Virus record (IMG/VR): IMGVR_UViG_3300037091_000060
Coordinates: 36,421-100,420 of that record
Direction: 5' to 3' (one strand)
Source of the DNA: a virus
DNA: 64,000 bases
The notes under the pieces: generated by a model
The model's database searches: none
What the model saw: only the letters and a program-made list of their open reading frames with translations
Told to the model about the DNA's origin: nothing
Shown: piece after piece, positions 63,763 through 64,000 of the stretch
Numbering within the stretch: the stretch's first letter is position 1
How the letters are laid out: every line of letters starts with the position of its first letter
Translations under genes and position numbers: made by a program

Positions 63763-63827
63763 CACTCCTCCACAAAGGAGTCACGGGGTGTTGTGGCACC
63801 CCGCTAATTCGGCTCATGACTTCCGAA
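63763..63827 (-). promoter_or_regulatory. kissing-loop leader, copy E
   Basis: CGGGGUG-CCACAA-CACCCCG and ACUCCU-UUGUGG-AGGAGU; extra 5' hairpin. Confidence 0.8.
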
Positions 63828-63844
63828 CTTCTCCAAATCTTTAA

Positions 63845-64000
63845 CTAATTATTAGGCCCATGACTCTTGTGCTTCTCTTCGTGCTCGTTGATCGGATAGC
63901 GGTTCAAACCAGTCTGTTTCTTCTGGAGATTCACGGCGGTGTTCAGTTCGGCCTTCGCCGTTGTTACTTGAGAAACCGGAGGAGTCGGGCGACCGGGATA
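63845..64000 (-). CDS. partial CDS (3' end)
   Basis: Frame stays open from the window edge: YPGRPTPPVSQ...HGPNN*. Confidence 0.45.
   Translation of the reverse strand, partial: YPGRPTPPVSQVTTAKAELNTAVNLQKKQTGLNRYPINEHEEKHKSHGPNN

Noticed and set aside
1-64000. Host assignment (soil Acidobacteria-like impression)
   Set aside because: Only a general impression from gene content; needs spacer, attB or homology evidence.

Overview
The window is 64 kb of a tailed dsDNA phage genome, probably temperate and podovirus-like (P22/N4-style morphogenesis genes, no tape measure). The + strand arm (1-11.7 kb) carries a glycosylation cluster (GT11, cytidylyltransferase, GT2), two metallophosphoesterases, a GH108 endolysin, many small ORFs and a tyrosine integrase. 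A long - strand block (11.6-57.5 kb) encodes terminase, portal, scaffold, major capsid protein, head-tail proteins, ejection proteins (including a 1919-aa multidomain protein) and many Thr/Ser/Gly-rich virion proteins, two with DUF3494 ice-binding-like domains. A - strand RNA island (57.5-62.8 kb) holds 33 tRNA genes covering all 20 amino acids. The main observations that the ORF track does not show are: (1) a covarying two-hairpin kissing-loop leader that buries the Shine-Dalgarno sequence in front of five different HNH/EndoVII genes, each with its own loop sequence; (2) a phage-encoded type A RNase P RNA inside the tRNA array; (3) a 240-nt ORF-less group I intron that splits the capsid gene; (4) several unassigned structured small RNAs and non-canonical tRNAs in the array. 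All calls come from reading motifs and pairing bases by hand; no database searches were run.
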